NCBI GenBank assembly: GCA_965219995.1
Contig: CBDCOX010000002.1
Coordinates: 2,240,001-2,304,000 of the forward strand
DNA: 64,000 nt
Direction of reading: 5' to 3'
Source of the DNA: Candidatus Latescibacterota bacterium
Lineage (GTDB): Bacteria > Latescibacterota > UBA2968 > GCA-2709665
The number at the start of each line of letters is the position of its first letter. The first letter of the stretch is position 1. Both the position numbers and the translations under genes were made by a program. The notes under the pieces were generated by a model. It worked only from the letters and a program-made list of their open reading frames with translations. It had not been told where the DNA came from and did no database searches. Shown here in pieces: positions 23,940 through 34,665 of this stretch.

Positions 23940-24542
23940 ATGTCGGCCGACAGAATCAGCGAACTCGAGCTGCAGATAGGCGAATTGATGTCGGAACTCC
24001 ATGCCCTGCAGAAGGCCAGCCCTGCAACGCCGGTCCCCGATTACACGCTTGAGAACCTGGCGGGAGAGACCACGTTGCTCGACCTGTTCGGCGACCGGGA
24101 TACGTTGCTGGCCATCCACAACATGGGACAGGGCTGCCGCTATTGCACGCTCTGGGCGGACGGCTTCAACGGACTGCTCCCGCACCTGGAGTCCGCCTTG
24201 TCTGTAGCCCTTCTGTCGAAAGACCCCCCGGAAACCCAGCGCCGATTCGCGAACGCCCGCGGGTGGCGTTTTCAACTGGCCTCCCACGGCGGTGGAGACT
24301 ATATCCGCGAACAGTCCGTAATGGCCGGCGACGACAACTATCCCGGCGCCGTGGTCTACCTGCGTGACGGCGACACGATTCTCCGGAAGAACGCGTGCGT
24401 GTTCGGGCCCGGCGACATTTACTGCGCGATGTGGACGCTGCTGGGTCTGGCGGGACTCGGTGAAGAGGATTGGACGCCCCAGTACTCGTATTGGCGGCGT
24501 CCTGAGCGTCTCGACGACGGCGGCCGGAACGTATTGGACTGA
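23940..24542 (+). CDS. DUF899-family thioredoxin-like protein
   Basis: LLDLFGDRD.L..HNMGQGCRYCTLWADG. Confidence 0.8.
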   Translation: MSADRISELELQIGELMSELHALQKASPATPVPDYTLENLAGETTLLDLFGDRDTLLAIHNMGQGCRYCTLWADGFNGLLPHLESALSVALLSKDPPETQRRFANARGWRFQLASHGGGDYIREQSVMAGDDNYPGAVVYLRDGDTILRKNACVFGPGDIYCAMWTLLGLAGLGEEDWTPQYSYWRRPERLDDGGRNVLD

Positions 24543-24623
24543 ACGCGCTAGAAATCGCGAAGCCCGCCGGGAGTCATCCGCCAGACAGTGCACGCCTCCC
24601 TCCAGTGTCGTAACGAGGTTTCG

Positions 24624-26051
24624 GTGAACCTGATTGTCCTGTGCAGCGACACTTTTCGAGTGGACCATCTGAGTTGTTATCGAAACGACTCACCGGTCCA
24701 TACGCCCAATATCGACCGCCTGGCGACGGAAGGCGTGCGGTTCGACTCGGCATTCGGTGAAGGCATACCCACGCTGCCCGCGCGACGGGTACTCTATACC
24801 GGGCGGCCGATTTTTCCGTTCCTGTGGGCGCCGCAGAAGTGGGACCGGGTGCAGCTTGCCGGCTGGCATCCGCTGTTCCACGAGGACGTGACGCTGGCGG
24901 AGTGGCTGGTGGAACGGGGGTACGTCACGGGGCTGATCAGCGATCTGCCGCACCAGTTCAAGCCCGGCAAGAACTTCCACCGCGGATTCGTTCAGTTCGA
25001 CTGGGAGCGCGGCCAGGAAATGGACTACCTTGTGGCGGGGCCCCGGGACACCGTGCCCGTCGAACGGTTCGATCCCACCGGCCGGGGCTCGCCCGTACTG
25101 ACCCAGTTTCTGATGAACAGCCGGGACTGGAAAGACGAGACCGACTGGTGCAGCGTGCGCGTGATTCGGAAGGGCATCGAATTCCTCAGGGAAAATGCCC
25201 GTCAGCAGCCGTTCATGCTCTGGCTGGAGTGCTTTTTTCCGCACGAACCGTGGTTTGCCCCACCCGAACTGGTGGAGCAGCATTACGAGGGGGACGACCA
25301 CGACGGCGTGGAGTGGATTTTTCCGCCGGCCAGTACGGACGGGATGAGCGACAACCAGGTCCACCGGGTGCGGGCGCACTACCGGGGGCTGTGCGCGTTG
25401 ATCGACCGGTGGTTCGGCCGGCTGATGGAAACCGCTGAAGAATTCGGACTGCTAGAGAATTCCATCGTGGTCTTCCTCTCCGATCACGGCACGATGATGG
25501 GAGAACAGGGTCAGCTCCACAAGGGTCCCAGCCGGCTGCGCTGGCAATGCACCCAGGTGCCTCTGATCATCCGGCACCCGGACGTGAACGCATTTTGCGG
25601 GAGCGCCGTGGGCGCCTTTGTGCAGCACCAGGATCTGATGCCCACCCTGTTGGGTCTGATGGGGATCGACGCCCCGGATCGATGTCTGGGCGAAGACCTT
25701 TGGCCGTACGTCGCGGGAGAGACGGACGGCGGCCGGGAACACGTCGTCACCGCGTTCGGAAACTACGCCAGCGTGCGCAGCAGGAACTGGAACTATCAGA
25801 CGCCCTGGGTGAAAGACGACCCGGCGGCGGACGGGAGCCAGCCCGCGCTGTCGCCGCCGGAACTTTACGACCTGAACGCCGATCCCGACGAATTGAAAGA
25901 CGTCGTGAACGACCGTCCGGACGTGGCGGCGGAATACCGCGACCGGCTGGCGGCGTATATTGAAGAAAACAGGCCGGTAACGGGAGGTTCGCTGGAAGTC
26001 GGCGAGGCGGCCCTGTCTCACGTGCCGCTGTTCGATCAGTCACGATTATAG
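24624..26051 (+). CDS. Sulfatase-like hydrolase (Thr in place of the Cys/Ser nucleophile)
   Basis: SDTFR.DH, PTLPAR..TG, PHEP, SDHG, ELYDL..DPDE; GTG 24624. Confidence 0.88.
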   Translation: MNLIVLCSDTFRVDHLSCYRNDSPVHTPNIDRLATEGVRFDSAFGEGIPTLPARRVLYTGRPIFPFLWAPQKWDRVQLAGWHPLFHEDVTLAEWLVERGYVTGLISDLPHQFKPGKNFHRGFVQFDWERGQEMDYLVAGPRDTVPVERFDPTGRGSPVLTQFLMNSRDWKDETDWCSVRVIRKGIEFLRENARQQPFMLWLECFFPHEPWFAPPELVEQHYEGDDHDGVEWIFPPASTDGMSDNQVHRVRAHYRGLCALIDRWFGRLMETAEEFGLLENSIVVFLSDHGTMMGEQGQLHKGPSRLRWQCTQVPLIIRHPDVNAFCGSAVGAFVQHQDLMPTLLGLMGIDAPDRCLGEDLWPYVAGETDGGREHVVTAFGNYASVRSRNWNYQTPWVKDDPAADGSQPALSPPELYDLNADPDELKDVVNDRPDVAAEYRDRLAAYIEENRPVTGGSLEVGEAALSHVPLFDQSRL

Positions 26052-26150
26052 TCAAGACACCGGGTTGCGGGTAACCACCGGGAAGATCCCGGATACCCGC
26101 CGCCCGACAAACGTTCCAGGGAGGTTTGAAATGGCCGATAAACTTGGGGT

Positions 26151-27225
26151 TCTGGTTCACGGCGCGGGATGGGTGTCCACGCAGCACATTATGGCCTTTA
26201 CCAACAATCCGCATACCGAAGTGGTGGCGGTATCCAGCCGGAAACTGACAAGCGCGCGGACCCGCGCCGAAGAGGCCGGCCTGGAAGGAATCGGGCTGTA
26301 CGACAACTACGAGCAGGCCCTGGCGCACGACGGCGTGGACATAGTGTGCGTCTGTACCCCGCAGCGCTTTCACGCGGAAAATACGATCGCGGCGGCGGCG
26401 GCGGGGAAACACGTTGTCATCGAGAAGCCCATCGCCAACAGCCTGGACGAAATCCGGGCCATGCGCGGCGCCGTGAACGCGGCGGGCGTGCGGACGGTTG
26501 TGAGTTTCGTGCTCCGATGGAATCCGTTGTTCGAGACCATCAAATCCATGGTGGCCGACGATGCCCTGGGTGACGTCTTCTACGTGGAGGCCGACTACCA
26601 GCACGACATCGCAAGCTGGTGGACGGGCTGGGACGAGGCCAGGAAAACGAGCACGGGCGTGAGCGCGTTTCTGACCGGCGGATGCCACGCCATCGACTCG
26701 CTGCGCTGGTTCGCCGCCCAGGGAGAGTTCGAAGCGGCCCAACCCGTGGAGGTATTCGCCTATTCCGGCGGATATCGCAAGGGCCTCAAGCAAGAGTTCG
26801 ACTACCTGGCCAACAAGTGGGTGGACGGCCTGCCGCTGGAATACGACGACCTGGAAGTCGCCCTGGTGAAGTTCTCCAACGGCGCCGTCGGAAAGGTCTC
26901 CGTAAACTACGGATGCATCATGCCGTATACGTTCCCCGTCGAAATCTTCGGGAACAAGGGAACCATAAAGGACAACAAGGTCTGGTCGCACAAGTATCCG
27001 GGGCAGAACAACTGGGTGGAGATTCCGGCCATCCTGCCGGATAGCGCGGACGTGACGCATCACCCGTTCCAGGGGCAGATGGACCACTTCGTCGAGTGCA
27101 TTCAGACGAATACGGAATCGCACTGCAACCTGGACGACGCGATTGTAACGCACGAAATCGCGTTTGCCGCCTTGCAGTGTTATGAAACCGGCCAGCCGGT
27201 GAAGCTGCCGCTGATGCAGGACTGA
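26151..27225 (+). CDS. Gfo/Idh/MocA oxidoreductase
   Basis: GAGW, VCTP...H, GKHVVIEKP, GCHAID. Confidence 0.9.
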
Positions 27226-27255
27226 TTCCGAAACGGGCGAAAGGGTTCAGTGAAA

Positions 27256-28671
27256 ATGGGTAAGCGGAATCTGCTGTTTTTCGGTGTGGACAGCCTGTGG
27301 GCCGACCACATGAGCTGTTACGGGTACGAACGATTGACAACCCCCTATGCGGACCGGCTGGCCGCACAGGGGGTGTTGTTCGAGAAGAATTACAGCCCGC
27401 ACATCCCGACGACCTCGGCCTATGCGTCGATGCTGACCGGTATGGATTGTTTTTCCACGCAGGTCGTGGCGTTGCGCCACCAGGGGGGGCTGAGGCCCGA
27501 GGTTGAGAGCCTGCCGGAGATCCTCCGCGACGCGGGCTACGATACGACATGCGTGGGCTTCACGGGCAACCCCAGCTCCCGTGGGTTCGACAGATACCTG
27601 AACTACGAGGCGTGGGGGTCGTGGGAGCAGCGGCCCCTGCGCAAAGCCGAATGGTTGAACGACGTAACGATTCCGGAACTGGAGCGGCTCGCCTCGGCAG
27701 ACCGGCCCTTCTTCCTGTTTCTTCGGCACATGGATCCCCACGCGCCTTACCTGCCGCCCCCGCCGTACGACACGATGTTTTACAGCGGCGATCCGTGCGA
27801 TCCCGCGAAGACGTCGATGGACCCGGTGCGAAATTTCAAGCCGTTTCGGGACTTTCACCTCAGCTGGATGCCGCCCGGCATCACCGACGCGGACTACGTG
27901 ATCGCACAGTACGACGGCGAAGTCGCATATATGGACGCCTGCATCCAGCGGATCCTCACAAGGCTGGAGGAACTGGGGCTGGCGGAAGATACGCTCGTGG
28001 TATACAACGGTGACCATGGAGAGACGCTGGCCGACCACGATTGTTATTTCGATCATCACGGGATGTACGACTGCACCCTGCACGTGCCGCTGATTCTGCG
28101 CCTTCCGGGCGTGCTGCCCGAAGGACGTCGCGTGCCCGGATATTCGAGCCACGCCGATCTCGTGCCGACCCTGTTGGAACTCCTGGAAATCCCGACCAGG
28201 ATCGAGTTCGACGGTGACAGCCTGTTGCCGCTGATACAGGGAACACGCGCATCGAACCGGTCTGAATTTTACATCACGGAGGCGACCTGGATGCGTAAGC
28301 ACGGTTGGCGCACGCCCGAGTGGAAGCTGATTGTGGCGCTCGAGCCCGATTTCCACGGAAAACCCGAGGTCGAGTTGTACAACCTCGTGGAAGACCCGGC
28401 CGAGAACACGAACCTTGCCGACCGGGAACCGGAGATCGCGCGGATGCTTCGAGCCCGCATGGACGCGTGGATTTCGAAGCGGGAGGCAGAAACGGGTCTG
28501 ACCAATCCGATGTTCACGAATCTGCAGTGGCACGGCACCCGGCACGAAGGACCCTTTCCCAGTTCGAGAGCGGCCTACGAAGCCCTTTACATCGGGTCGC
28601 CGAAGACGGCGAGGAAACTACAGGCCCGGGATGCTGAGGAAAACGAAGAAACAGCAGGCGGCGAGTCGTAA
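27256..28671 (+). CDS. Sulfatase-like hydrolase (Thr-type motif)
   Basis: VDSL.ADH, PTTSAYASMLTG, DPHAPY, YDGEV, GDHGE, ELYNL..DPAE. Confidence 0.88.
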   Translation: MGKRNLLFFGVDSLWADHMSCYGYERLTTPYADRLAAQGVLFEKNYSPHIPTTSAYASMLTGMDCFSTQVVALRHQGGLRPEVESLPEILRDAGYDTTCVGFTGNPSSRGFDRYLNYEAWGSWEQRPLRKAEWLNDVTIPELERLASADRPFFLFLRHMDPHAPYLPPPPYDTMFYSGDPCDPAKTSMDPVRNFKPFRDFHLSWMPPGITDADYVIAQYDGEVAYMDACIQRILTRLEELGLAEDTLVVYNGDHGETLADHDCYFDHHGMYDCTLHVPLILRLPGVLPEGRRVPGYSSHADLVPTLLELLEIPTRIEFDGDSLLPLIQGTRASNRSEFYITEATWMRKHGWRTPEWKLIVALEPDFHGKPEVELYNLVEDPAENTNLADREPEIARMLRARMDAWISKREAETGLTNPMFTNLQWHGTRHEGPFPSSRAAYEALYIGSPKTARKLQARDAEENEETAGGES

Positions 28672-28720
28672 CGGGTTACGGACCTGCCAGCAGCCGCATC
28701 CACAATGAAGGAGATTGACC

Positions 28721-29818
28721 ATGAGCGACGGTTTTCCGCTCCTCGAGGTATCGGGACCGCCGATGGAACGCGGGCAAGCGCACGGAGAGGTATTTCGGGA
28801 GGAGATTCGTGCGATGCTTCCGGTCTATTTTGACTATCTGGAGCGTATGAGCCGCAAATATCGCGTGCCCGTGTTGAGTAAGACACGGGTACGCGAAATC
28901 ACCGCGACCTACGCGAAACCCGCGGAAGCATACTCGCCGGACCTCGTGGAAGAAGCGAGAGGAATCGCCAGGGGTGCCGGCGTGCCGTACGAGGAGATCC
29001 TGGCGCTGAACGGCTTCCTGGACATTATCGACCATCTCTCTCCGACGTTCATCGAAGCGGGTTGTACGACGTTTATGATCCCGGAGATGGAAGACGGAGG
29101 CATAGCCACAATCGGCCAGAATTACGACCTGGCCGAGATTTTCTATGGGTCGGCCGCACTATTGAAAATCACGGGCGACGGCCCGGACGCGCTGATGTAT
29201 ACAACGGCCGGGATGCTTGGTTGCGCGGGGTTGAACAGCGAAGGCATTGGCGTTGTCATCAACAACCTCGTCCCGGGCGACGCCGGGCCAGGCGTACCTT
29301 ACCCTTTCGTGATCCGGCGAATCCTTGCCACTTCAGTCATTGGAGACGCTATCGACGCGGTCGTCTCGTCGCGCCGCGCGTCGGGAATGAACTACGTTCT
29401 GTGCGACCGGCACGGCGAGATTTACAACCTGGAAACCACCGCCTCGGATTACGAGGCAACCAGCCCGTTCGACGGTCCCATGGCGCACTCGAACCACTAC
29501 CTCGCAGACCGTCTGAAACCGCTCGAGCGTCGGGCTTACGATCAACAGGGCCAGAGCCTTGCAAGATGGGGCCGTGCCACGAGGCTTTTGCGGAGGTCCG
29601 CCAACCCGGGTGCGCACACGATCATGTCGGCGCTGGAAGACCACGTAAACAGCCCCGTTTCGATCTGCCGGCACAGCGTGGACGGATGCGGGCAGACGAT
29701 CTGCGGCATCGTGCTGGAGCCGTCAAACGGACTGGCGTGGTTTGCCCGGGGCCCCTGCTGCGAGCACCCGTGGGTGGAGCACCGGCTGTTCGAGGTCGCC
29801 GACCGTCGGGTCGCTTGA
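28721..29818 (+). CDS. C45-family Ntn hydrolase/acyltransferase
   Basis: ERG.AHGE, autocleavage site G-CT, GQNYD, GLNSEG, HSNH. Confidence 0.85.
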   Translation: MSDGFPLLEVSGPPMERGQAHGEVFREEIRAMLPVYFDYLERMSRKYRVPVLSKTRVREITATYAKPAEAYSPDLVEEARGIARGAGVPYEEILALNGFLDIIDHLSPTFIEAGCTTFMIPEMEDGGIATIGQNYDLAEIFYGSAALLKITGDGPDALMYTTAGMLGCAGLNSEGIGVVINNLVPGDAGPGVPYPFVIRRILATSVIGDAIDAVVSSRRASGMNYVLCDRHGEIYNLETTASDYEATSPFDGPMAHSNHYLADRLKPLERRAYDQQGQSLARWGRATRLLRRSANPGAHTIMSALEDHVNSPVSICRHSVDGCGQTICGIVLEPSNGLAWFARGPCCEHPWVEHRLFEVADRRVA

Positions 29819-29897
29819 GCGAACCTCGACGTCAACCGCAATTTCGGCCCCGGGGAGATCACGCGGGCAAGAAGCACACTTTCGGCAGGATTTCGGT

Positions 29898-30599
29898 ATG
29901 GAAATGAAAATCGAACGCTGGTTCCGGGCGCCATACGGAATGCCGAACGGCGTGCAGGCAACCGCCGACGGCATCCGGGTGGTGGACCAGGTAACGGATC
30001 GCGTCGCGCTGCTGGGCGTTTCGGAAGCGGACGAGTACGGCATGTTGCGGCTGCGGTCTGAAGTGCCAACCGAGTCATCCAATACCAGCGGAATGGCCTG
30101 GGGCGATGGATCGCTCTGGCTGGCGGCAAACGGTTCCGCGGAGAAGTGGCGGGCGCCACGAGACACGGACGCGGATTCGGGCGAGATTCTGCGGGTGGAT
30201 CCGAAGTCGGGCGAGACACAGGGACGATGGCCGTTGCCGGGCGGCGGGGGCACGCACGGGCTGGAATACGATGCGTTCGAGCCGGGTACTCTGTGGCTGA
30301 CCACCTTGAAGAGCCAGACGTTGACACAGGTGCGGATTTCGGATTGGTCCATCCAGCGTGTGTTTTCCCTTCCTTACGGACGGGCGCACGGCGTCGTACG
30401 CGTTGCGGATGGGGTATGGGTGGTTCATACGTCGGAGCGGTCGATCGTGAAACTGGACGCGCAATCCGGGACTGTTCTGGGAGAGATCACGGTCCCGGCG
30501 TCGCAACCCGAGCCGCACGGGCTTTCGCGCTACAAGGACGGGTTTCTCTATTGCGACGCGACATCGGGATGGGTGGCGAGAATCTATTTGGATTCGTGA
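29898..30599 (+). CDS. Beta-propeller protein (glutaminyl-cyclase/YncE-like)
   Basis: Repeated SGMAWGDGSLW, HGLEY, HGVV and PHGL blades. Confidence 0.65.
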   Translation: MEMKIERWFRAPYGMPNGVQATADGIRVVDQVTDRVALLGVSEADEYGMLRLRSEVPTESSNTSGMAWGDGSLWLAANGSAEKWRAPRDTDADSGEILRVDPKSGETQGRWPLPGGGGTHGLEYDAFEPGTLWLTTLKSQTLTQVRISDWSIQRVFSLPYGRAHGVVRVADGVWVVHTSERSIVKLDAQSGTVLGEITVPASQPEPHGLSRYKDGFLYCDATSGWVARIYLDS

Positions 30600-30639
30600 G
30601 GCGAGCTTCGGACGCGTAAGCGAGAGGCGGTAAAATCCG

Positions 30640-33456
30640 GTGAAGTACAAAGTACTCTCCACGACCGGATCGACGCGGGGAACCGCGTACACGATGAGCA
30701 ACAAGATCCTGACTCACGCCGGCAAGACCCACGTGGCGTGGCTGGACCAGATCTGCAAGATATACGTGCGCACCTACCATCACAGGACCAGGCGCTGGGC
30801 AAAACCCGTCTACGTCGGAACCGGCGACGACAACCACGCCGGCGCCGCGTTTGCGATGGATTCAAGGGGATACCTCCATCTGGCGTTCGGACCCCATCAC
30901 AATCCGATCCGGCACGTCGTGAGCAAGCGGCCCAATACGTCGACGTCGTGGGTGGAACAGCCTTCGTTCGGGGGCACGACGGCGACCTATCCGAGCCTCG
31001 TCTGCGACGCCGGCGATACGTTGCACGCCTGTTACCGCGGGTCTTACGCGGCGGAGCGTCCATGGTCGCTGGTCTATCAGAAAAAGCCAAAGGGCGGCGA
31101 ATGGACGGACCCGGTCAAGCTCGTGGACCCCGAAGGACCGCCTGCGTACACGCAGTTTGAGAACGCGTTACATATCGACAGGGGCGGGACGCTGTTTCTG
31201 GCCTACCATATCGTGAGGGCGACCGGAACCGACTACAACGATATACGCGGCCGGGGGTTCGGCGTGATGCGATCCCGAGACGGAGGCGAGAACTGGGAGA
31301 CCGTGGACGGACGCGCGCTGGATCTCCCCACAAATCCGGCTTCGCCGTGCGTCTTCGAATTCGATGAGGGTCTCGACGTCCGCATGGGCAACGTCGTGAC
31401 CGGCGGCAGGGGATCGCTCTGCTATACGCTGAATCGCAGGGAAGGAGGCGCGGCGGAGACGTATTTATACACCTGGAGAAAGGACGACTGGCGGGTCGTT
31501 TCGCTGATGCCGGAGGCCGAGCGGCTCTTCGGACCGTGCGAAATGTCGGACGTGTGCGCGCTCAGCATTGCGGACGACGGCGTCATCTACGCCGCGGTCC
31601 CGGTCTGCGGTCGGGGCGGCGGTTGGTCGGACTCCAGCAACGAGATCGCGTTGTTTACCTCCCGCGACGGCGGCGAGACATTCTCGGGCTACAAAATATC
31701 GTCGGACGAGCCGGACGCCTCGAACTGGCTGCCCTCACTCGAACGGCAGACCGGTCACAACCGGGTGGACGTACCAGACCTGGTCTATACGCACGGCCAT
31801 ATCGGCGAGGGGTGCAGCCCGGATATCGATACAGAGATTCGGCACGTATCGCTGGCCGGCGTCGCGGATGCGGAAGCGAGCGCCGTAGACGCGCGGATCG
31901 CAGGGGCCGAACAACTGAGCGGAATCCGTTTTACCCGGGAACAGCGTGGAAAAATGCGACGGGACGTCGAGCAATATCGACTCCGGTACCGCGAACTCCG
32001 CGAGGTCGACGTGGGTTACGACGTGAGTCCGGCGTCGATATTTCTTCCGGGCGTGAAGTCGCCGCCGTCGGGAGAACAGCGGGGGTTCCGGTTCAATGCC
32101 TCCGACGTCGATCGACCCGCATCGGCCTGTGATCTGGCCTTTCTGCCGGTGAGCAGGCTGGCGCGGCTGGTGGAAAACCGGGAAGTGTCTCCCGTTGAAC
32201 TCACCCGGCTCTACCTCGAACGGCTGGATACTCTCGGCGAAAAACTGCATTGCGTGGTTTCGCTTACAGAAGATTTGGCGATGAAGCAGGCCAGGGCCGC
32301 CGAGGCGGAGATCCTGGCCGGGAAATACCGCGGTCCGCTTCATGGGATTCCGTGGGGCGCCAAGGACCTGCTGTCCACAAAGGGGATCCGGACCACGTGG
32401 GGCGCCACGCCATTCAAGGAGCAAACCGGTGAGACCGATGCGGCCGTTGTGGAACGGCTTCGGGACGCGGGCGCGGTCCTCGCGGCCAAGCTCTCGACCG
32501 GAGCGCTCGCCATGGGTCCGCACTGGTTCGGGGGGATGACCCGGAACCCCTGGAATCCGGAGACGGACTCGAGCGGGTCTTCGGCCGGTCCCGGCGCGGC
32601 GACCGCCGCCGGCCTCGTTGGATTCAGCATCGGTTCGGAAACGCAGGGATCGATCGTTTCGCCGAGCCATACGTGTGGGGTTACGGGGCTGCGGCCGACC
32701 TACGGCCGCGTAAGCCGTTACGGCGCGATGGCGCTTGCCTGGACCATGGACAAACTGGGTCCGATGTGCCGTGGCGTTGAAGACTGCGCGGCCGTGTTCA
32801 GCGCCATCCACGGACCGGACGGGAGAGACCGTTCCGTGGTGGACGCGCCGTTCAACTGGCCCGCAGCCCCGAATTTGACGGGCTTGCGAATCGGCATTAT
32901 CCAGTCGGAATTCGACGACGTCGAGGGATCCGACGAACGTGCGGTCCATGAAGCCGCGTTCCGGAAGTTTGAGGAACTCGGTATTGGCGTTCAGGCGGTA
33001 ACGCTCCCGGCGTGTCCTCATGGCGCGGTTTCGATGATGCTCTGCGTGGAAGCGGCGGCCGCGTTCGACAGCGCGACGCGAGCGGGCGAACTGGATACCA
33101 TGACAGACGCGGACAACAGCTCCTGGCCGACGATACTTCGCAGGTTTCGGATGGTGCCGGCCGTGGAATATTTGCGCGCACAGCAGGTCCGGTCCCTGAT
33201 GATTCACGACTTCGAGGAATTGATGAAGGATTGGGACGTGCTGCTTGCACCCGGAGACGCCGGCGCGAGTCTCACAATTACCAATCTCACCGGGCATCCC
33301 GCGCTGACGTTGAAGTGCGGTTTCACAGACGGCATGCCGCGAGGTTTGACGCTCATTGGAAACCTCTACGACGAAGCGACCCTTCTGAGCGTGGGCCTTG
33401 CCTACGAGCAGGCGACGAATTGGCATAATCGGCATCCTGATATCCGGTCCGCTTAA
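30640..33456 (+). CDS. BNR-4/sialidase-like propeller fused to an amidase-signature domain
   Basis: N-terminal DNH..DSRGYLHL..H, TYP and Asp-boxes SRDGGE; C-terminal GPLHGIPWGAKDL, SGSSAG, GSETQGSI, GLRPTYGRVSR. Confidence 0.85.
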   Translation: MKYKVLSTTGSTRGTAYTMSNKILTHAGKTHVAWLDQICKIYVRTYHHRTRRWAKPVYVGTGDDNHAGAAFAMDSRGYLHLAFGPHHNPIRHVVSKRPNTSTSWVEQPSFGGTTATYPSLVCDAGDTLHACYRGSYAAERPWSLVYQKKPKGGEWTDPVKLVDPEGPPAYTQFENALHIDRGGTLFLAYHIVRATGTDYNDIRGRGFGVMRSRDGGENWETVDGRALDLPTNPASPCVFEFDEGLDVRMGNVVTGGRGSLCYTLNRREGGAAETYLYTWRKDDWRVVSLMPEAERLFGPCEMSDVCALSIADDGVIYAAVPVCGRGGGWSDSSNEIALFTSRDGGETFSGYKISSDEPDASNWLPSLERQTGHNRVDVPDLVYTHGHIGEGCSPDIDTEIRHVSLAGVADAEASAVDARIAGAEQLSGIRFTREQRGKMRRDVEQYRLRYRELREVDVGYDVSPASIFLPGVKSPPSGEQRGFRFNASDVDRPASACDLAFLPVSRLARLVENREVSPVELTRLYLERLDTLGEKLHCVVSLTEDLAMKQARAAEAEILAGKYRGPLHGIPWGAKDLLSTKGIRTTWGATPFKEQTGETDAAVVERLRDAGAVLAAKLSTGALAMGPHWFGGMTRNPWNPETDSSGSSAGPGAATAAGLVGFSIGSETQGSIVSPSHTCGVTGLRPTYGRVSRYGAMALAWTMDKLGPMCRGVEDCAAVFSAIHGPDGRDRSVVDAPFNWPAAPNLTGLRIGIIQSEFDDVEGSDERAVHEAAFRKFEELGIGVQAVTLPACPHGAVSMMLCVEAAAAFDSATRAGELDTMTDADNSSWPTILRRFRMVPAVEYLRAQQVRSLMIHDFEELMKDWDVLLAPGDAGASLTITNLTGHPALTLKCGFTDGMPRGLTLIGNLYDEATLLSVGLAYEQATNWHNRHPDIRSA

Positions 33457-33538
33457 TACAGAAACAAGAACAAACATGGATGGACCTGCGGTTCGACGTG
33501 TATTGAACTGAAATCACTAACCCTTGGAGGCTGATAAG

Positions 33539-34615
33539 ATGGCAGAGGAATTCAGAGGCATGCCATGCCGGCGGGTCGGAAACTCCGGCCTGTTCGTGTC
33601 CGCTATCGGGCTGGGAATGTGGAAATGGGGCGACCCGGTGTACGACGGGTCCCGCATCGGGGACCACGAGGGGTTCGAGGTTCTGGACCGGTCCCTGGAA
33701 CTGGGGGTCTTTCACTGGGACACGGCGTGCTCCTACAACCTGGGATCGGGAAATTCGGAACGCCTGCTGGGGCGGTACTTCGCCGCTCGTCCGCGTTCGG
33801 TCAGGGAGCAGGTCGTGATGGCGACCAAGATTCACAACCCGGTGCGCGCGGAGCACGCCATGGAGGCCGACTTCACGCCGAATCAACTCGGCGCCTCCAG
33901 GACGTACATCCATTTTGGCGTGGACAAGTGCCTGGAGCGGTTGCAGACGGACTACATCGACCTGATCTATCTGCACCAGAGCGGTATCGGCGACGACGGG
34001 GACTACCGGGTTCCGATCGAGGAGACCTGGGGCGCGTTCGACGATCTCGTATCACAGGGAAAGGTAAGGTACCTGGCGGTATCCAATCACTCCGCGAAGC
34101 AGATGGCGAACGTCATCGCTGCTCTGGAGAAGGTGGGCAAGGACGTGTCACGCCGGATCGTGGCCGTGCAAAACCGGTACAATCTGGTGCAACAGGATGC
34201 GGTAGCGTCCGAGGACGGAGGCAGGGGGTCGGATTTCCTGAAGGCGGCGGCCAGGGCCGACGTGGGTGTGATCCCCTACTATCCGCTCGCGAGCGGCCTG
34301 CTCACGGGCAGGTACCGCAAGGGAAGGCTGGAGGAGGCGTCAGGACGGATCATTGACGACGGCGACGAGGCCGAGTTTCTGACCGAACCCTATCTGGAAG
34401 CCGTTGAAGGGCTGCTGGAGGTAGCGGAATCGAAGGGAATCTCCCTCGCGCAACTCGCGATCGCCTGGCTGCTGGCCAACGGGCAGGTGCCGTCTGTCAT
34501 TGCAGGCGTAACTGAAATGCGACACCTGGAGGACAACGTGAACGCGGCGCGGGTTGAACTGACGGACGCCGACATGACGCGCATCGACGACGCAGTCGGC
34601 GCGGCGCTCGCGTGA
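33539..34615 (+). CDS. Aldo/keto reductase
   Basis: SAIGLG, DTA.SY, ATK, LERLQTDYIDLIYLH, GKVRY..VSN, PLASGLLTG. Confidence 0.92.
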   Translation: MAEEFRGMPCRRVGNSGLFVSAIGLGMWKWGDPVYDGSRIGDHEGFEVLDRSLELGVFHWDTACSYNLGSGNSERLLGRYFAARPRSVREQVVMATKIHNPVRAEHAMEADFTPNQLGASRTYIHFGVDKCLERLQTDYIDLIYLHQSGIGDDGDYRVPIEETWGAFDDLVSQGKVRYLAVSNHSAKQMANVIAALEKVGKDVSRRIVAVQNRYNLVQQDAVASEDGGRGSDFLKAAARADVGVIPYYPLASGLLTGRYRKGRLEEASGRIIDDGDEAEFLTEPYLEAVEGLLEVAESKGISLAQLAIAWLLANGQVPSVIAGVTEMRHLEDNVNAARVELTDADMTRIDDAVGAALA

Positions 34616-34665
34616 CCGGCGTCGGTCCGGCAGGACGTCGCGATCCATCCGCGTGAGGGTGAACC

